Shown: positions 47,601-61,195, counted from the whole stretch's first letter. The stretch: 63,123 nt of DNA, filler included, from Collodictyon triciliatum (GCA_043381765.1; 4 parts of 4 records of this genome joined end to end with filler, not necessarily neighbours in it); one strand, 5' to 3'. Notes: generated from the sequence alone by a model not told the origin. Translations and numbers: made by a program.

Positions 47601-50055
47601 ATCGACCGACCTTTGGAACAATCAAAACCATCGACTTTATGGTTAAATCTCTCAAAGCGGCCGATGTGTCTGTGAATCCATTCACCTACAAAAGAAAATT
47701 GGGATAACTTATCAACAACAATAAAAAGGTAAAAAGATAAAAAGATTAGAGCTCATAGCTATGGTTGCTTCATATTTTTGGTATGCTAAATCATACCATC
47801 TGCGGGAATATTTGGTCATTTACGAGACCAACAGGCAAGTGCTCATAGTAGCTAAAGGCAATAAAAATCGCAAAGTAATGTCAGAATGAATTATAGTATC
47901 ACAGCTCAGGCCTTATAATATGCAAGAAATTGATGCCAGTGTAAACCCGCCTATACATGGTTATATCATCAAAACAAAGAAAACCATGGATAACCTGTCA
48001 AGACTTTGCAGCAGGTGAATTCGAATGGCACGGTCGTTGCATGCAAATAGCTTTGTAACACAAGGGACAATATTTGTTTGATATTCCTCTTCAGTCAAAT
48101 GCTCCCCAATCTTCAAAAGAGAAGCAAGAACTTTTGTGTTCATTCCTTTGTTTAAAAAAAAAAAAACAAAGTGAGGCAATATACTCAGCAGGCGTGTCAA
48201 AGCAAAACGAAAAGGACAAAATAGCACAAAAAGCACAAAAAGCACAAAAAGCACAAAAAGCACAAAAAGCACAAAAAGCACAAAAAGCACAAAAAGTACA
48301 AAAAGCACAAAAAGCATGAAAAGGATAGAAATAAAAACAAAAAAGAAAAAAGGACAATCCTAAACCTATGTCATTTATATTTTTTTTCGCTTCAGTACCA
48401 GTTCCATATTGAAGTGCCTGGACCAGAATGGGCATTATCTTGTATTTCAGCATGGGTTGAGACATACTTTCCAGAAATTGAGGAAGTTTTCTGAGCAAAC
48501 GACGGATAGTTAAACATAAATATCAGAATTCACATGAGTGAATGCATGATAAAAGTGTTTCTAATTCATCTAGGGTGATTTGGGTGGTTACTTGAAGAAA
48601 GCTTCCTTCTCTTGGGAATCTTTTAGGGCCAGGTTCTCCAAGAACATGTTCACTTCGACAAGCTGCCGATTAAATCGATGGCATGAAAAATGCGTTAAAA
48701 AAAAAAAGAAAAGAAAAAGGGGGTTCCTAAAACTACAATAAATAAATAAATTAAACCTGAGTCTTGAAAAAGTCACTTTCGAGGACTTTGTTACAAGGAA
48801 GTCGTGACTTTGGGGCTTGAGTAAGAAGCTGCTGATACAACGAAACGAGTTTCTAATAGGTTATGAGCTTATCAGAGAGTGCAAATGCATTTGTAGAGGG
48901 GAATAAACCCATTTATGCCCAAATCAGTTGTTTTTTTTTTTTGATTTTTTTTGAAGAATTTGATATTGCTGATAAGAAAAGAATAAAACCGGAGGGATGC
49001 GTCCTATGTTTTTCAGTTCTGAAGATTTTCCCAGTGGCCCATTGAAGATTTCGTAGACAAGACATCCTTTAAGGTAAAAAGAAAAGAACACCATATGAGT
49101 GGATAATCTCTCTATTGAGTTCCCGTAATTTTCTTACAAAAAATTCACTGAATCAGTTTAACATTCTTTGACTCATAAAAAAAAAGCAGGAAAATTCCAA
49201 TAGCTTCCATTAAAAAAAGGGTAATTTGATTTTGAGATTAAAGTGTGTATAATAAAATATGGTGGAGTTAAACAAAAAATTCAGGTGAGTGATGTTTTCT
49301 TCATTCTTTCTCGTGGTATATCGTTCATAAGAGAATGACCTAAACTCCACGAATCTGCTGCCCACGAGGCTTCTGTGAATGAGCCCCAAGCTTTTTTGAA
49401 ATATTCAGGAGACTTGTAGACTTCAGGAATAAGGTCTGCATTGGCCTAGAGAAAAGGGAAAGAGGTTTTTGGTGAATGTGACATTGATGACGCCTGCATC
49501 ATTTTGTAAGGTTGAATGATTTAGGAACCAAAAGATTTTTCCCTTTATTCGATTCAAAGTGATTCAAGAACCAAAAGATAAATTATTAATTTTCAAACAA
49601 CCTGAATCACTTCGATATTAGATGTATCGCAAACAAGGTCGAGTCCGCCCAAGAGCCAATCTCCGGCTTTGTTGACGAAGATAGACTTTGGCGAGAAGCT
49701 CGCATGGATCATACTACAATCGATGTTGATGAAGCTCAGCGCGCGCTGTGATGTAACGAACCCATGGTTTAAATTTAATTGTTTGTATTTTTTTACGCAT
49801 TCAAAAAGTTATGAAGTTGTAGCAGAAAAAAAAAGTGGGCAGAAATCAAACACCGTACAAGAACTTGATAAAGTCCCCAGACGAGAACTTCAGGTTTGTC
49901 GTGGAGAGTGGGTAAAGCCTCGCTGAGTGGCGTGACAGAATCCGTGACGATATATATTGTCGATTCAAGTTCGACACCATCGAGATATCGAAGAACACTT
50001 GGGAAACGTATGGTTTTCATGCGCTTCAGTGCATTACGGGCAGCCTATGATAAAC

Positions 50056-50100
<45 letters not shown>

Positions 50101-50501
50101 TTTGTCTTGTGCAATTATATCAGTGAGCTGAAATTATAGAATGAATGAAATAATTAGGAAGCTTTGCGACATGTTTTGTTTTCTTCTGGTAATAGAGGGA
50201 TTGGGAAATGAGAGGGTTAAATGAGTCAATCGCACACCCTTCCTTCTGCCTCTGTGTGCTTCTTAATGTCAAAAGCAAAGATTGAGACAGGTACTCCGTT
50301 TTCCTGAGATTAAGAGGCAGTAAGAAAGAATGTATATATATAATTTGTTTTTTAAAAAAAAAAACATAAAAACATAAAAATGCTCTCGTTCTTTATTACC
50401 AATTTAGTTCCTTCGTGTAAAACCCAGTACGGATGGCCTTCAAAAGACGAGACAATCTTTCCCACATCATAAGGAAACTGCGTGCTGCTTGTTTGACCCA
50501 T
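44455..50501 (-). CDS. SCY1-like pseudokinase with HEAT repeats (SCYL1/CEX1-type)
   Basis: AARNALKRMKTIRFPSVLRYLDGVE, IFVNKAGDWLLGGLDL, NLALKDSQEKEAFF, LFACNDRAIRIHLL, GFTDTSAALRDLTIKSM, DQEPGIRTNTTICLGKIA, AFSRALKDPFPHARNAS, repeated DGWD motifs, and C-terminus KTSLGAVRRVSSHDD*. Confidence 0.93.
46494..48316. repeat. Intronic tandem repeats in the SCY1-like gene: (AGAAAGAAT)n about 46494-46600, (GA)n 47523-47599, (AAAAGCACA)n about 48224-48316
   Basis: Three separate arrays seen directly. Confidence 0.9.
49525..49579 (-). mobile_element. Family A micro-retroinsertion (31 bp) with 12-bp TSD
   Basis: GAACCAAAAGAT at 49525-49536 and 49568-49579 flanks an insert reading TTGAATCACTTTGAATCGAATAAAGGGAAAA on the minus strand. 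It lies in a SCY1-like intron. Confidence 0.8.
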
Positions 50502-50837
50502 GTCTTATGGGCAGAAAGAAAGAAAAAGGGAAGAACATAAGGCCCCACAAATAAAGAGAAAGTAAAAGCCTGCGCCTCAGTTGAGCCAAATCGCAGAAAC
50601 TCACGCGCAGCAGAAATCGGTCACGTCTTTCACCAAACAAACAATATAATCAAAACAAAAGAGAAATAAAGAGAAAAATAAAAACAAAAAAAACAAAAAG
50701 AACAAAAGTACAACAATGCTGCAAACAATTTGGAAGTGGATTGCAGGAAGCGAAAAAGTGTTTGGATTGGAAAACGCAAGCAGCAGATCGGAAACCGTGA
50801 ATTTTCCAGAGTAGTTTTCTTTATATGGCATGTTTAC

Positions 50838-52332
50838 TCAGAACTTGGCCTTTGTTGTCATCCCGCCGTCCAGCGTGAGAACGGTTCCGGTGACCCAAGC
50901 GCCTGCGCGGGAGCAGAGGAAGAGCGAAATCCCGGCCAGATCTTCGGGCGATCCGATGCGGGGGAGGATTAAGGAATCAACAATGACGTCCTTGAACTGC
51001 GACAGCGTGTGGGCCATCATTTTCGATTCAAACGGCCCTAAAAGTGCACACAGCAAACATCAAGGCGTTATTATTTCACCGCTGCGTATTCTGGAAATAA
51101 AAACTCAGAGCACAATAGCAAGGCAAGGTAAAAATAAAATAAAATAATCTTGGTCTGGTTATATATTGCATTCCGGTTAAAATCGAAGAGTTGAAAAGAA
51201 AAATCAACCAAAAATATTGACAGTAAGGGACGCTATATTCTGACCTGCGGCGATGCAGTTGACTGTGATATTGTAGTGCCCAATTTGATTTGCCATCACG
51301 CGGCTGAGATGGTGCACGGCAGCCTTTGATGCAGAGTATGCGTATGTCTCATGACCAGGAATAGAGAGACCTTCGATAAGTTGATTCATTAGCAGACTTC
51401 TTTATTCTCATTACTAATAAAAAAATTTTTTAATAAGAATAAAGAAGAAATAAAGAAATATTATCGTATTATGACATAACTTAACAATATATGAAATTAG
51501 TTGCGTTCACCACCTTCGACCGAGCCAATATTAATCACTCTGGCGGGGTCGTCAACTGTCCCTGCAGCTTTGAGCAGCGGGAGGCAGAACTTTGTCAAGT
51601 GGAAAACGGACTAGAGAAACCCGAGAAGTCGAGGCAGATGCAAGCAAAATGAGATGATTGTCTTAATGTTTTATTTTTTTGTGATTTTTTTAATCAGGAG
51701 GCATATGTAATGCACATTAGGATGAATTGGTAAAATAAACTTACCTTCAAGTTGATAGCGAGGAGCTTGTCCCAAGCTTTGTCAGGATACTCTTCCAACG
51801 GGGCGCCCCAAGCTGCACCGGCATTGTTGACGAGGACATGAAGTGCGGTTTCTCTCTTTGCAACCTCATCGGCAAGAACACGGCAGTTCTCCTCTGTTCC
51901 GATATCCAACGGGATGGCGATGCATGAGCCTGGTCCTAGTATTGTCCGGTAAAAATCGGATCAAACCACTTTCACATTCATCAGAAAGACTGGGAGATTG
52001 TGTCGAAATATATGTGTGTTTGCGTGTTTGCTTATGAACACGTGTTGAATGCATTTGTTTGTGGAGCATCGTACTTTAATATTCTGATAAATGTTTTGGA
52101 CACACGAAACCAGTAATATGTTGAATAGATGGTTTTGTCATCACTTTGAGTGCCGCAGGCATCTCTCTATTTCTTTTCCTTTTTCTGTTTGGAAGAATAA
52201 AAAAAAAAAAAGATACCTTGCTGCGTCAGTTCCTCCGCAACCTTCTTTGCGGCGTCACCACCTCGGGCAGAAATGTACACCTTTGCGCCGTTTGCGACAA
52301 AGCCTCGGACGATGCCCAACCCAACACCGCGG
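50838..52332 (-). CDS. Classical short-chain dehydrogenase/reductase, RhlG-like; first exon missing in the gap
   Basis: RGVGLGIVRGFVANGAKVYISAR, LVNNAGAAWGAPLEEYPDKAWDK, DPARVINIGSVEG, catalytic YSASK, GPFESKMM, and GAWVTGTVLTLDGG...AKF*. Confidence 0.92.
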
Positions 52333-52635
52333 CTGTGAGAGTGAATAGCATCAGCATTATATCGCCAGATGAGCACGAGCTTGAAAGAAATACAAGGTCG
52401 GATCGAAAAAGAGCTCAGACAAATATTTCTGAATTATTTTCTTTATTTTGTAATAAAAAAAAAAAAAAGGGACTTGAATCATTCACAATATTAATTCCAA
52501 AAGAAAATAAAAGAAATACACCATGGCTGCGAAAGGGAAAACGCATTTTTTTTTTTTTTTTTTTTTTAAAAAAGAAAAAACGCCTTTCTGGTTCTTTCCA
52601 TCATCTTTTTCTCGGGAGAAAAACTAATTTTATTT

Positions 52636-52735
52636 NNNNNNNNNNNNNNNNNNNNNNNNNNNNNNNNNNNNNNNNNNNNTTAATTAATTAANNNNNNNNN
52701 NNNNNNNNNNNNNNNNNNNNNNNNNNNNNNNNNNN
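52636..52735. other. Assembly spacer N44-TTAATTAATTAA-N44
   Basis: Seen directly. Confidence 0.95.
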
Positions 52736-52789
<54 letters not shown>

Positions 52790-53175
52790 AACTGGAAATG
52801 CTGGGTGGAGTGGACAATGCCCAAGGTGAACAGGAATCTATTCAAGAGCGTCATTCTCAACATGGTCGAGTCAGTCGCGTGCAGATCCACGAAGCAACCA
52901 ACACCACCCGAAGCGCATCCCAATAGTCATCCTTTCGATACGCACCAAAGCGCGTACGTGGATCTTTTTGCTCTGGATCGGTGCTGATTATCGACCGCAG
53001 ACGTGCTCCAATTGTGGAAATTACGCTTGCTGTGTTGTGTGGTTCAGTCCTTGCTTGTGGGCGGCTTTTATGTATGTCGATTGTCCTCTACTGTCGATTT
53101 TCCATGCCAGACCACAAGAAGTGCGAGGGAAGAGGAGAGCCCGGCTTGCATCCAAACGGCGCGAGAGTCCGAGGC

Positions 53176-55670
53176 TTAATTGACCTTGAAGAAGCGCCCG
53201 TCGCAGATGGTCGCAACTGGCCAGCCAACAAGGGTAAGGCCGGTGTAGGGAGACCATTTGCACTTGGTCTCCAGGTCTTCTTCGCGAACCTAGAAAAGCA
53301 TCCGATATGGATGGGTTAGGAGCCAATAGTCGTGTGTGAAGATTCCAGGTCATATCACATGCCTCTTTCTTCATGGAGAGGTCGACAAGGACGAAATCTT
53401 GGGTCTCAGGGAAGTTGAAAAGCTTTCTGGGGTTGGTGTTTGTGAGCTCGACGATTTTCTCCAGTGTGATTTTCCCCTGAGGATTTGGCATCATTTAGAC
53501 ACTCGCCCAGGTATCCAGATGCATGGCCACGCAAAATAACGCAGCCAGTAAATCTCGCGCGTTTTAAACACACAAACCTTGCTAGCAGCATCAAGAAGCA
53601 ACGGGAGATACAATTCAATGGATGGAATTCCTGACGGGCTTTGAGCTATAGAAATGGAAACCAGGTTTTTTTTCTTAAAAAAAATATTATTATTGTTATC
53701 TTTTCAAGAGTGATGTTATGAAGTACAGAATAAAAAATAATGACCATAAGGCAGAGCTTTCTCAGCAGTTGTGTGAGGTGCATGGTCTGTTCCGATGGTG
53801 TCTATGTAACCCTCTTTGATAGCCTCCCACAAGTAGTCAACATCCGAGTGGTCTCGAATCGGCGGATTGACTTGTACTTTAGAGCCAAGGGTCTACGGCA
53901 AAGTCACAAATGCAAGGACGAGAGAGAGAGTAGGTCATATCTCAGTACTCATACAAACGATGTCAGTGATGGCATACATGGTGTCGGCATTTGTATAGAT
54001 CGATGTTTTGTTTTTTGTTTATGTTTTTTGTTTTTGTTTTTTTTTTTTAAAAAAAAAAAAGAAGGATTGGTCGATTGGCTGGTCGGGACGGTTAAGTTGT
54101 GTCTTACATTGTATGATTCAATATCCAAGAACAAGTGATGTGGTGTTGCTTCGCAATAAACCTTAGCTCCATCCCTTCTTGCATCACGAATCAACTCGAT
54201 TTCATCCCTAAAGATGTCACGACAAAGCGACAGATCATTAAAAGTCTTTCAAAGGTGAGAGAGCATTGAAGATGTATGTTTAAATGGCAAAGGTGGATGA
54301 TTCAAATGGCCGGACCAAACAAGGTTCAAAAATTAACAAATCAAAAAATATTTGCTACTTTGTCGATGAATGCAAGACATAGCATGTTGTGCCGTATTTT
54401 TTGCTAAACTCGATGGCTTTTTTAACAGCAGCAGACGCAGCATGACGGTCTCTATGTTGGAATTTTTTGAGGTTATCATTTAAAAAATTATATAGAATTT
54501 AGGCAACACTTCCATTCGACTAAGGGTAAGCGAATCGCATCGCAAGAAATATATCTGCAAATACTCATAAGGTAAACGCCGAAATTTGAAAGAGCGGATA
54601 AAGAGTCATCTACAGCGCGAAATAGGGATTGATTTGCAAGATAAGTCTACCGGATTTTGGAATGCACCGAAATATCAGAGCTATCTGCAAAGAGCTGTTT
54701 GTTGTGTTTAAGGATGCATTCATCTTCGGCATGAACAGCGACTGTGACACCAAGCTCGCCTGCAATCTTAAAGATAGCCTCTTGAGAAGGTTCGTCATCA
54801 ACCAGTAACTCGCCTGTACTGGCGCCCATAAACATCTGTTGTCAATTTTCCAACAAGAAAAAGAAAAAGAAAAAGAAAAAGAAAAAGAAAAAGAAAAAGA
54901 AAAAGAAAAAGAAAAAGAAAAAGAAAAAGAAAAAGAAAAAGAAAAAGAAAAAGAAAAAGAAAAAGGGTCAGAACAGAAGCTAAGCAACTAGTACTTGAGT
55001 GAAAATGTATCATGGAATCTCAAGAGCCAAGGCACCACATCATCATACGAAAGAACTTCCACACAATTACACAGGATAAAACGCATAGGCATCATCTACG
55101 AACCTTAATAGCAACATACTGCCCGTGTGCAACTCTCAGCTGGTCCATGCAGTTTCGGTCGGCACCGATGTACAGATGATAGCGCAAAGGGATTCCGGCT
55201 TCCTTCAGCTGCGCATCAATGATTTCTTTCTTCATCTTCAGCCTCTCGAGAGTCGTGATGCAGGGGATGTTATTGGGCATGTCCAGAACTGTTGTGACAC
55301 CGCCTAGTTTTCAGGGAAAGCAAAAGAAAGCGGTGGTGAATTGCATAGTACTCAGATTACGAAGCTATGAAATGACTCTGGAAATGAAGGACATCTCACC
55401 CGGCGCAGCAGGGAAATGTTGAATGAGTAGGGAGAACATGAAAAAAGTGTGAAAGTGCAAACCTCGGATGGATGCTCGTGAAGCAGTTCTCCAATCCTCC
55501 TTGTACTCTTGGCCAGGGACGCGGAAGTGGACGTGAGGATCAATCAATGCCGGAAAAAGAGTCAGTCCTTGCGCGTCAAAGTCGACTGACTCTTGACCTG
55601 GTCCGGCGGGAATCTGGAGCATTGGCACGGGCTTCCCGTGGATGTCCACCGCGTTTCGAACAGTAATCAT
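53176..55670 (-). CDS. pyrC: Dihydroorotase (amidohydrolase superfamily), monofunctional bacterial PyrC-like, 9 exons
   Basis: [86 protein letters not shown], and [21 protein letters not shown]. Stop TAA at 53178-53176. Confidence 0.9.
54856..54965. repeat. (GAAAAA)n intronic repeat
   Basis: Seen directly. Confidence 0.95.
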
Positions 55671-56934
55671 TCTAGCTTGGAGTTGGTTGGGCTGTGGTCA
55701 GGTTTTCCACCGCGAGAGCAAATGTTTGTGATTGAACTCGCCCTCTCTCTTTTACTCTTTTCTTTTTTTCTTTTTTCTTTTTTTTCTTTTTTCTTTTTTC
55801 TTTTTTCTTTTTTCTTTTTTCTTTTTTCTTTTTTCTTTTTTAAGCATCTGAAGTCATATCTCCACCTTCAAAAAAATACTATTTCATAGAAAAAAAATAG
55901 AGGAACCGCGCATGGTCTTTCCCAGCCACTTTCACTTGGTGCTTTGTCACACAACGATTCCGCCAGATTGAAGCAATCCAATAACCGGGCTCTTTTGCGC
56001 TTGTGGTTTTTTTTTAAATAGCCACAGCAGGGATAATGACAGAGTTTTGTGAAGCGTAATCCAATCCCCCAAGCATCGCCCGTGCCACCACACAAGAAGC
56101 CACGGAATGTAACTGGCTCTGTGCGCAAGTCGTGAATATATAGGGCGATGGGCGCCTTGTTCTATGCGCGCGTGCAGTCCTATTGGGCTCTTCATATACA
56201 ACGGCATATGAAAACGGGTCCAGTAAAGGCTTTTATCTAGGATTTCCCGCAGTGTGGGTAATGTAGGTGTGCAGAGTGGCAAGGATGTTGGCTTCTTGAT
56301 ATAAGCAGCGGATGGTGGAAATGTGCTGCCGACTTTTATCCATGATGCGCAATCAGGGTGTGACACAAACTTCCACACCATCCAGCTCCGTCCAGAAGAG
56401 ATGACCGAAGCTTGTGGATGGACTGAGGTTCAATGCCTTAGCACCATTTAAACTTGGTAATAAAAATAAATACTCACTTGAATGGAAGAAAAGAACAGAC
56501 AAGTGGCACCTCGCCAAATACAGAGGACGCGTATATACTAAATAATCAGTCATCATGTGGAGCTGAACACGAATTATTGGCGTGGGATGAGGCTTGGCAA
56601 TGCTCGTGAAAGCATTGTTTTTGAGCGGGTATTTGTGTGATTGAGTTTATAGACAGTTTTTTGCACTTTTTTTCTTCATAAAAGAGCGGGGTCGGTCAAA
56701 CATAAGTTTCAACCACATCCGATATCTACAGCCTACTTTCTTGTAATGAAAACCCGTGTCCCACTCCACCATAAGACCCATCACAATGTTAGTCGTCGCA
56801 GTCACCTGGAGGAGAGGTTGGCCCAAAAGGAGCTCACGTATCCCTATTGCGATGTTAGGTATCATTTTTGGCTTTTTTTTTTCTTCCTTTTCCTTTTTTT
56901 TTTGACTTTTTTTTGACTTTTTTTTTGACTTTTT

Positions 56935-57386
56935 NNNNNNNNNNNNNNNNNNNNNNNNNNNNNNNNNNNNNNNNNNNNNNNNNNNNNNNNNNNNNNNNNN
57001 NNNNNNNNNNNNNNNNNNNNNNNNNNNNNNNNNNNNNNNNNNNNNNNNNNNNNNNNNNNNNNNNNNNNNNNNNNNNNNNNNNNNNNNNNNNNNNNNNNNN
57101 NNNNNNNNNNNNNNNNNNNNNNNNNNNNNNNNNNNNNNNNNNNNNNNNNNNNNNNNNNNNNNNNNNNNNNNNNNNNNNNNNNNNNNNNNNNNNNNNNNNN
57201 NNNNNNNNNNNNNNNNNNNNNNNNNNNNNNNNNNNNNNNNNNNNNNNNNNNNNNNNNNNNNNNNNNNNNNNNNNNNNNNNNNNNNNNNNNNNNNNNNNNN
57301 NNNNNNNNNNNNNNNNNNNNNNNNNNNNNNNNNNNNNNNNNNNNNNNNNNNNNNNNNNNNNNNNNNNNNNNNNNNNNNNNNNNNNA
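56935..57386. other. Sized assembly gap (N run)
   Basis: Seen directly. Confidence 0.98.
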
Positions 57387-57651
57387 TGATCACACCCGCA
57401 CGGCTGCTTATGAGTTTTTCGTTTATGTTATTTCGGTTGGCCAGACCCCAAATACAACGCTTGAAAAGTTGAGTTCTTTCGTGGCGGAAAATAGAATAAG
57501 CAAACAAATGTAAAAAAGAAAGTACACTGGCCCAAAGCTGCGGTAGTGTTAAGGAAACTCAAGGCGTGGAGTTGTCTGGTTCGTCGCTTCACGAATATCT
57601 CTCGGTTTATCGCAAGGTGCAAGCAGCCCAAAAGGTTTTCAGTCAACAAAC

Positions 57652-60600
57652 ATGAGCTTCGGTCCGACTATTCCGCTGTTCTCTGAGAAGACGCCACTCA
57701 TGGGTGCACAGCCTTTGCTGGAAGAGGATGAAGCAAACCAGTCGCCCGGTTCGCAGTCTCCTACAAAATTAGGGTTCGGTCATATCCTTTTCGTCTTCTT
57801 TTCTACTTTCTTTTCTACTTTCTTTTCTACTTTCTTTTCTACTTTCTTTTCTACTTTCTTTTTTTCCTTTTTTTCTTCTTTTTCTTCTTTTTCTTCTTTT
57901 TCTTCTTTTCTTCCTTTTATATTTCTTCTTCTTTTTTTCTTTTTCTTCCTTTTTTCTTCCTTTTTTCTTCCTTTTTTCTTCCTTTTTTCTTCCTTTTTTC
58001 TTCCTTTTTTCTTCCTTTTTTCTTCCTTTTTTCTTCCTTTTTTTCTTCCTTTTCTTCCTTTTTCTTCCTTTTTCTTCCTTTTTCTTCCTTTTTCTTCCTT
58101 TTTTGTGCATCATCATCAAGATATTGTTAAAAAGCCTCACCGTTTTTCTCCACATCGTGTTAGAACCTTTCTCGGTGTTTTCGTTCCGACATGCAACGGT
58201 ATATGTGGTGTTGTAATTTTTCGTCGATGGGGATTCGCGGTTGGTCAGGTATCTGTTATTGAGAATAGAGTGAGAAAAAAAGTACACGTGACATACACCA
58301 GCTTATCAGATTGACGTATTTTAATTACGCGGAAAGGCAGGGCTTGGTGGGTCTATCTTGATGATTATCCTTGGAACGATTATTGCACTTTGTACAACAA
58401 CATCTCTCAGTGCAATCGTAACCAACGGAAAAAGCCGTGGTGGTGGAGCATATTATTACATAAGCAGGACATTAGGTGATTCTTTGATTTTTTGCTAAAT
58501 TTTTAAATAATGAACATGGGTTGATGCATATGATAAAATTAGTATTCAACTTCCTTTATATCCTTATCATAGAAATCTAACCGATGTAATCTATAGGGCC
58601 TGAGTTTGGAGGCTCAATAGGGCTCCAATATTATCTTTCTCAATCTGCATTTGTCGGTTTTGTTTGTCTTGGCCTTGCTGAGACTATTTTAGAAACACAT
58701 GGACTAGAAATGGTTGATGGAGACAGGTCTGTATATTCTGCTTTTCCAAAAATATTTTACGTTTTCATGTGTTTTTTGAAAGAAAGTTATTATTTTAATC
58801 ACTTTGAAATGATTTCTAACATAAGTTTTCAATTAAAATATACCCATGGGGTTGTAGATGGGATATATTTATCATTGCCAGCGTTGTGTTGTTATTTACT
58901 CTCTGCGTTGCGTGCATGGGGACAATTGTGTTTGCAAAGATCTCAGTATATATACTCTTTGGTATAATTATGGCTGTGATTGTCGGTCTGTGCAGTTTAT
59001 GGTTTCAATCCCATGCAACTATTGACGGATGCAGTGAAAATTCGTTTGTGGGGCCATCTGTTCAAAATTTGATTGATAATTGGTAATTAGGAGTATTTTC
59101 AACATTTGGTTATTCGCAATTACATATAATACTCTCATTAGTACTCGACATTCATGATGATTTTATTTACACAGAATAGTAATTTGATGAGATTCAATAT
59201 GATAGGAGCTCAGGTTACAATTGCGATTCAGTTGATAATTGCCCGTCAAATATCGGGTGGTTACCAATATTTGCACTTGTGTATGCATCAATGGCTGGTT
59301 TGTTTATTCTTACATCACTTTTGTACTTATATTTATCACGGATTATACCTGCTGATGATTTCTTTCCGTACACTCACTGGATTTGGCAAAAGAAAAAGAA
59401 GAAAAGATAGTTTCATATTTGATGAAGAATTCAAATTATGAAGGTTTTCTAAGTGGCTCCAACATGTCCGGCGATTTGAAAAATCCTGCAGAATCAATCC
59501 CACGTGGGACGTTTTTGGCTGTTGCTGTAACATCTATGATTTACTTGCTTATGATTTTTTCCTTGGCCCTCAGTTTGGACCGTCGCTGTCTAAGGGAAAA
59601 CTATCAAGTATTTCAGGTACCGAAAGTTGAAAATCTTTCTCTCCACCTTCAGTTTTTCTGTGAGCTTCAGACGGCTGATTAAAATAAAATAAAAAGAAAC
59701 ATAAGCAATATGTACGTAATATAATGTAATTTCATTCCTATTTTCTATATCTAGGATGCCTGTGTGGAAGAATATATAATTTTTGTGGGAACAATATGCA
59801 GTACATTTTCATCCTCTTTAGGTGGTTTGGTTGGCACGGCCAAAGTTCTACAGGTGTTTTTTTTTTTTTTTACTTGGAAATTATGTTGCTTTCTAATGAA
59901 CACGCGTTACGCCAAAAAAAAAAATACGGTTTATTCGTATTCCAAATAACTGTACAATTTATGATGAAACCAGGCGATGGCCCTTGATAATTATCTGCCC
60001 CGAGTTGAATACTTTGCTCAGTTGTCAAAGAAAGGAGAACCCATGTATATCATTTCTTCTATTCGTTAAGTATTCACTTGACGCGAAGTAATCTTGAGAC
60101 CCATTTTTTTCTTATCGACCACACTTTTATCTTTATACCATAGACATGCATACATCGCCACATGGTTCATAGCGCAAATAACGCTGTTCATGGGAGATAT
60201 AAACACTGTGGCCCCTTACATAACCAGCTTTATGCTACTTACTTTTATGACAATCAACTTCTCCTGTTTTATTCTCGATGTCACTGGAATGCCAAACTTT
60301 CGTCCAACTTACCATTATTACTCGTGGCCAATAGCACTTTTTGGTGCAATTTCTTGTCTTACTTTCATGTTTGCGATTAATAGCATTAAGGCGTTCATAT
60401 CTCTGCTCGTAAGTATGCCTCATTAAAAAGAATCCTTGAGCAAATATTTTGATGAGAATATCAGTAACAAGAAAAAAAAATCGACATTTATTCTTTAAGC
60501 AATCACCAATTAAAAATCAATAGACTATGGTTGTTGTTTTTGTGGCCATCAGTTATACTAAGCCACAACACTCGTGGGGTGATATCACACAACCTCTCAT

Positions 60601-60780
60601 ATATCGCCAGGTTGATTTTACTTTTGCTTCCTTTTTTTTTCTGTAGACGCATGTCGACTTTTTTTTCTGGATGTTTTTCTTATTTTAATTGGCTTTACTT
60701 TCTTTTACTTGCTCTACTTAATCTTAGACAGAAGTTTCTTGATTGTGTTTGCTTTTTCTTTTATTTATTATTTATTATTT

Positions 60781-60848
<68 letters not shown>

Positions 60849-61098
60849 TTGTTTGATTGTTTGAAATCATTTAGGTTCGAAAGTTTCTCCTCATGCTAGA
60901 TATCAGAAAGGAGCATGTAAAATTCTGGAGACCTCAGGTTTGATTAAACCAAGATCTTCTGTAGTCGAAGATTGTTACAGATGTGCTTTTCTCTTCTTTT
61001 TTTTCTCTTTTTTTTCTCTTTTTTTTCTCTTTTTTTTCTCTTTTTTTCTCTTTTTTTCTCTTTTTTTCTCTTTTTTTCTCTTTTTTCTTTTTTCTGGC

Positions 61099-61195
<97 letters not shown>

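Noticed and set aside
52786-52987. Possible terminal exon of a plus-strand gene after the spacer (SNWKCWVEWTMPKV...DRC*)
   Set aside because: No recognisable motif and the frame is ambiguous. It cannot be told apart from the dihydroorotase 3' region.
57782-57791. ATATCCTTT resembling a U12 AT-AC donor in the SLC12 gene
   Set aside because: A normal GT-AG intron (GG|gttcgg...ttag|A) restores the conserved KLGTFLGVFVPT. The motif lies inside that intron.
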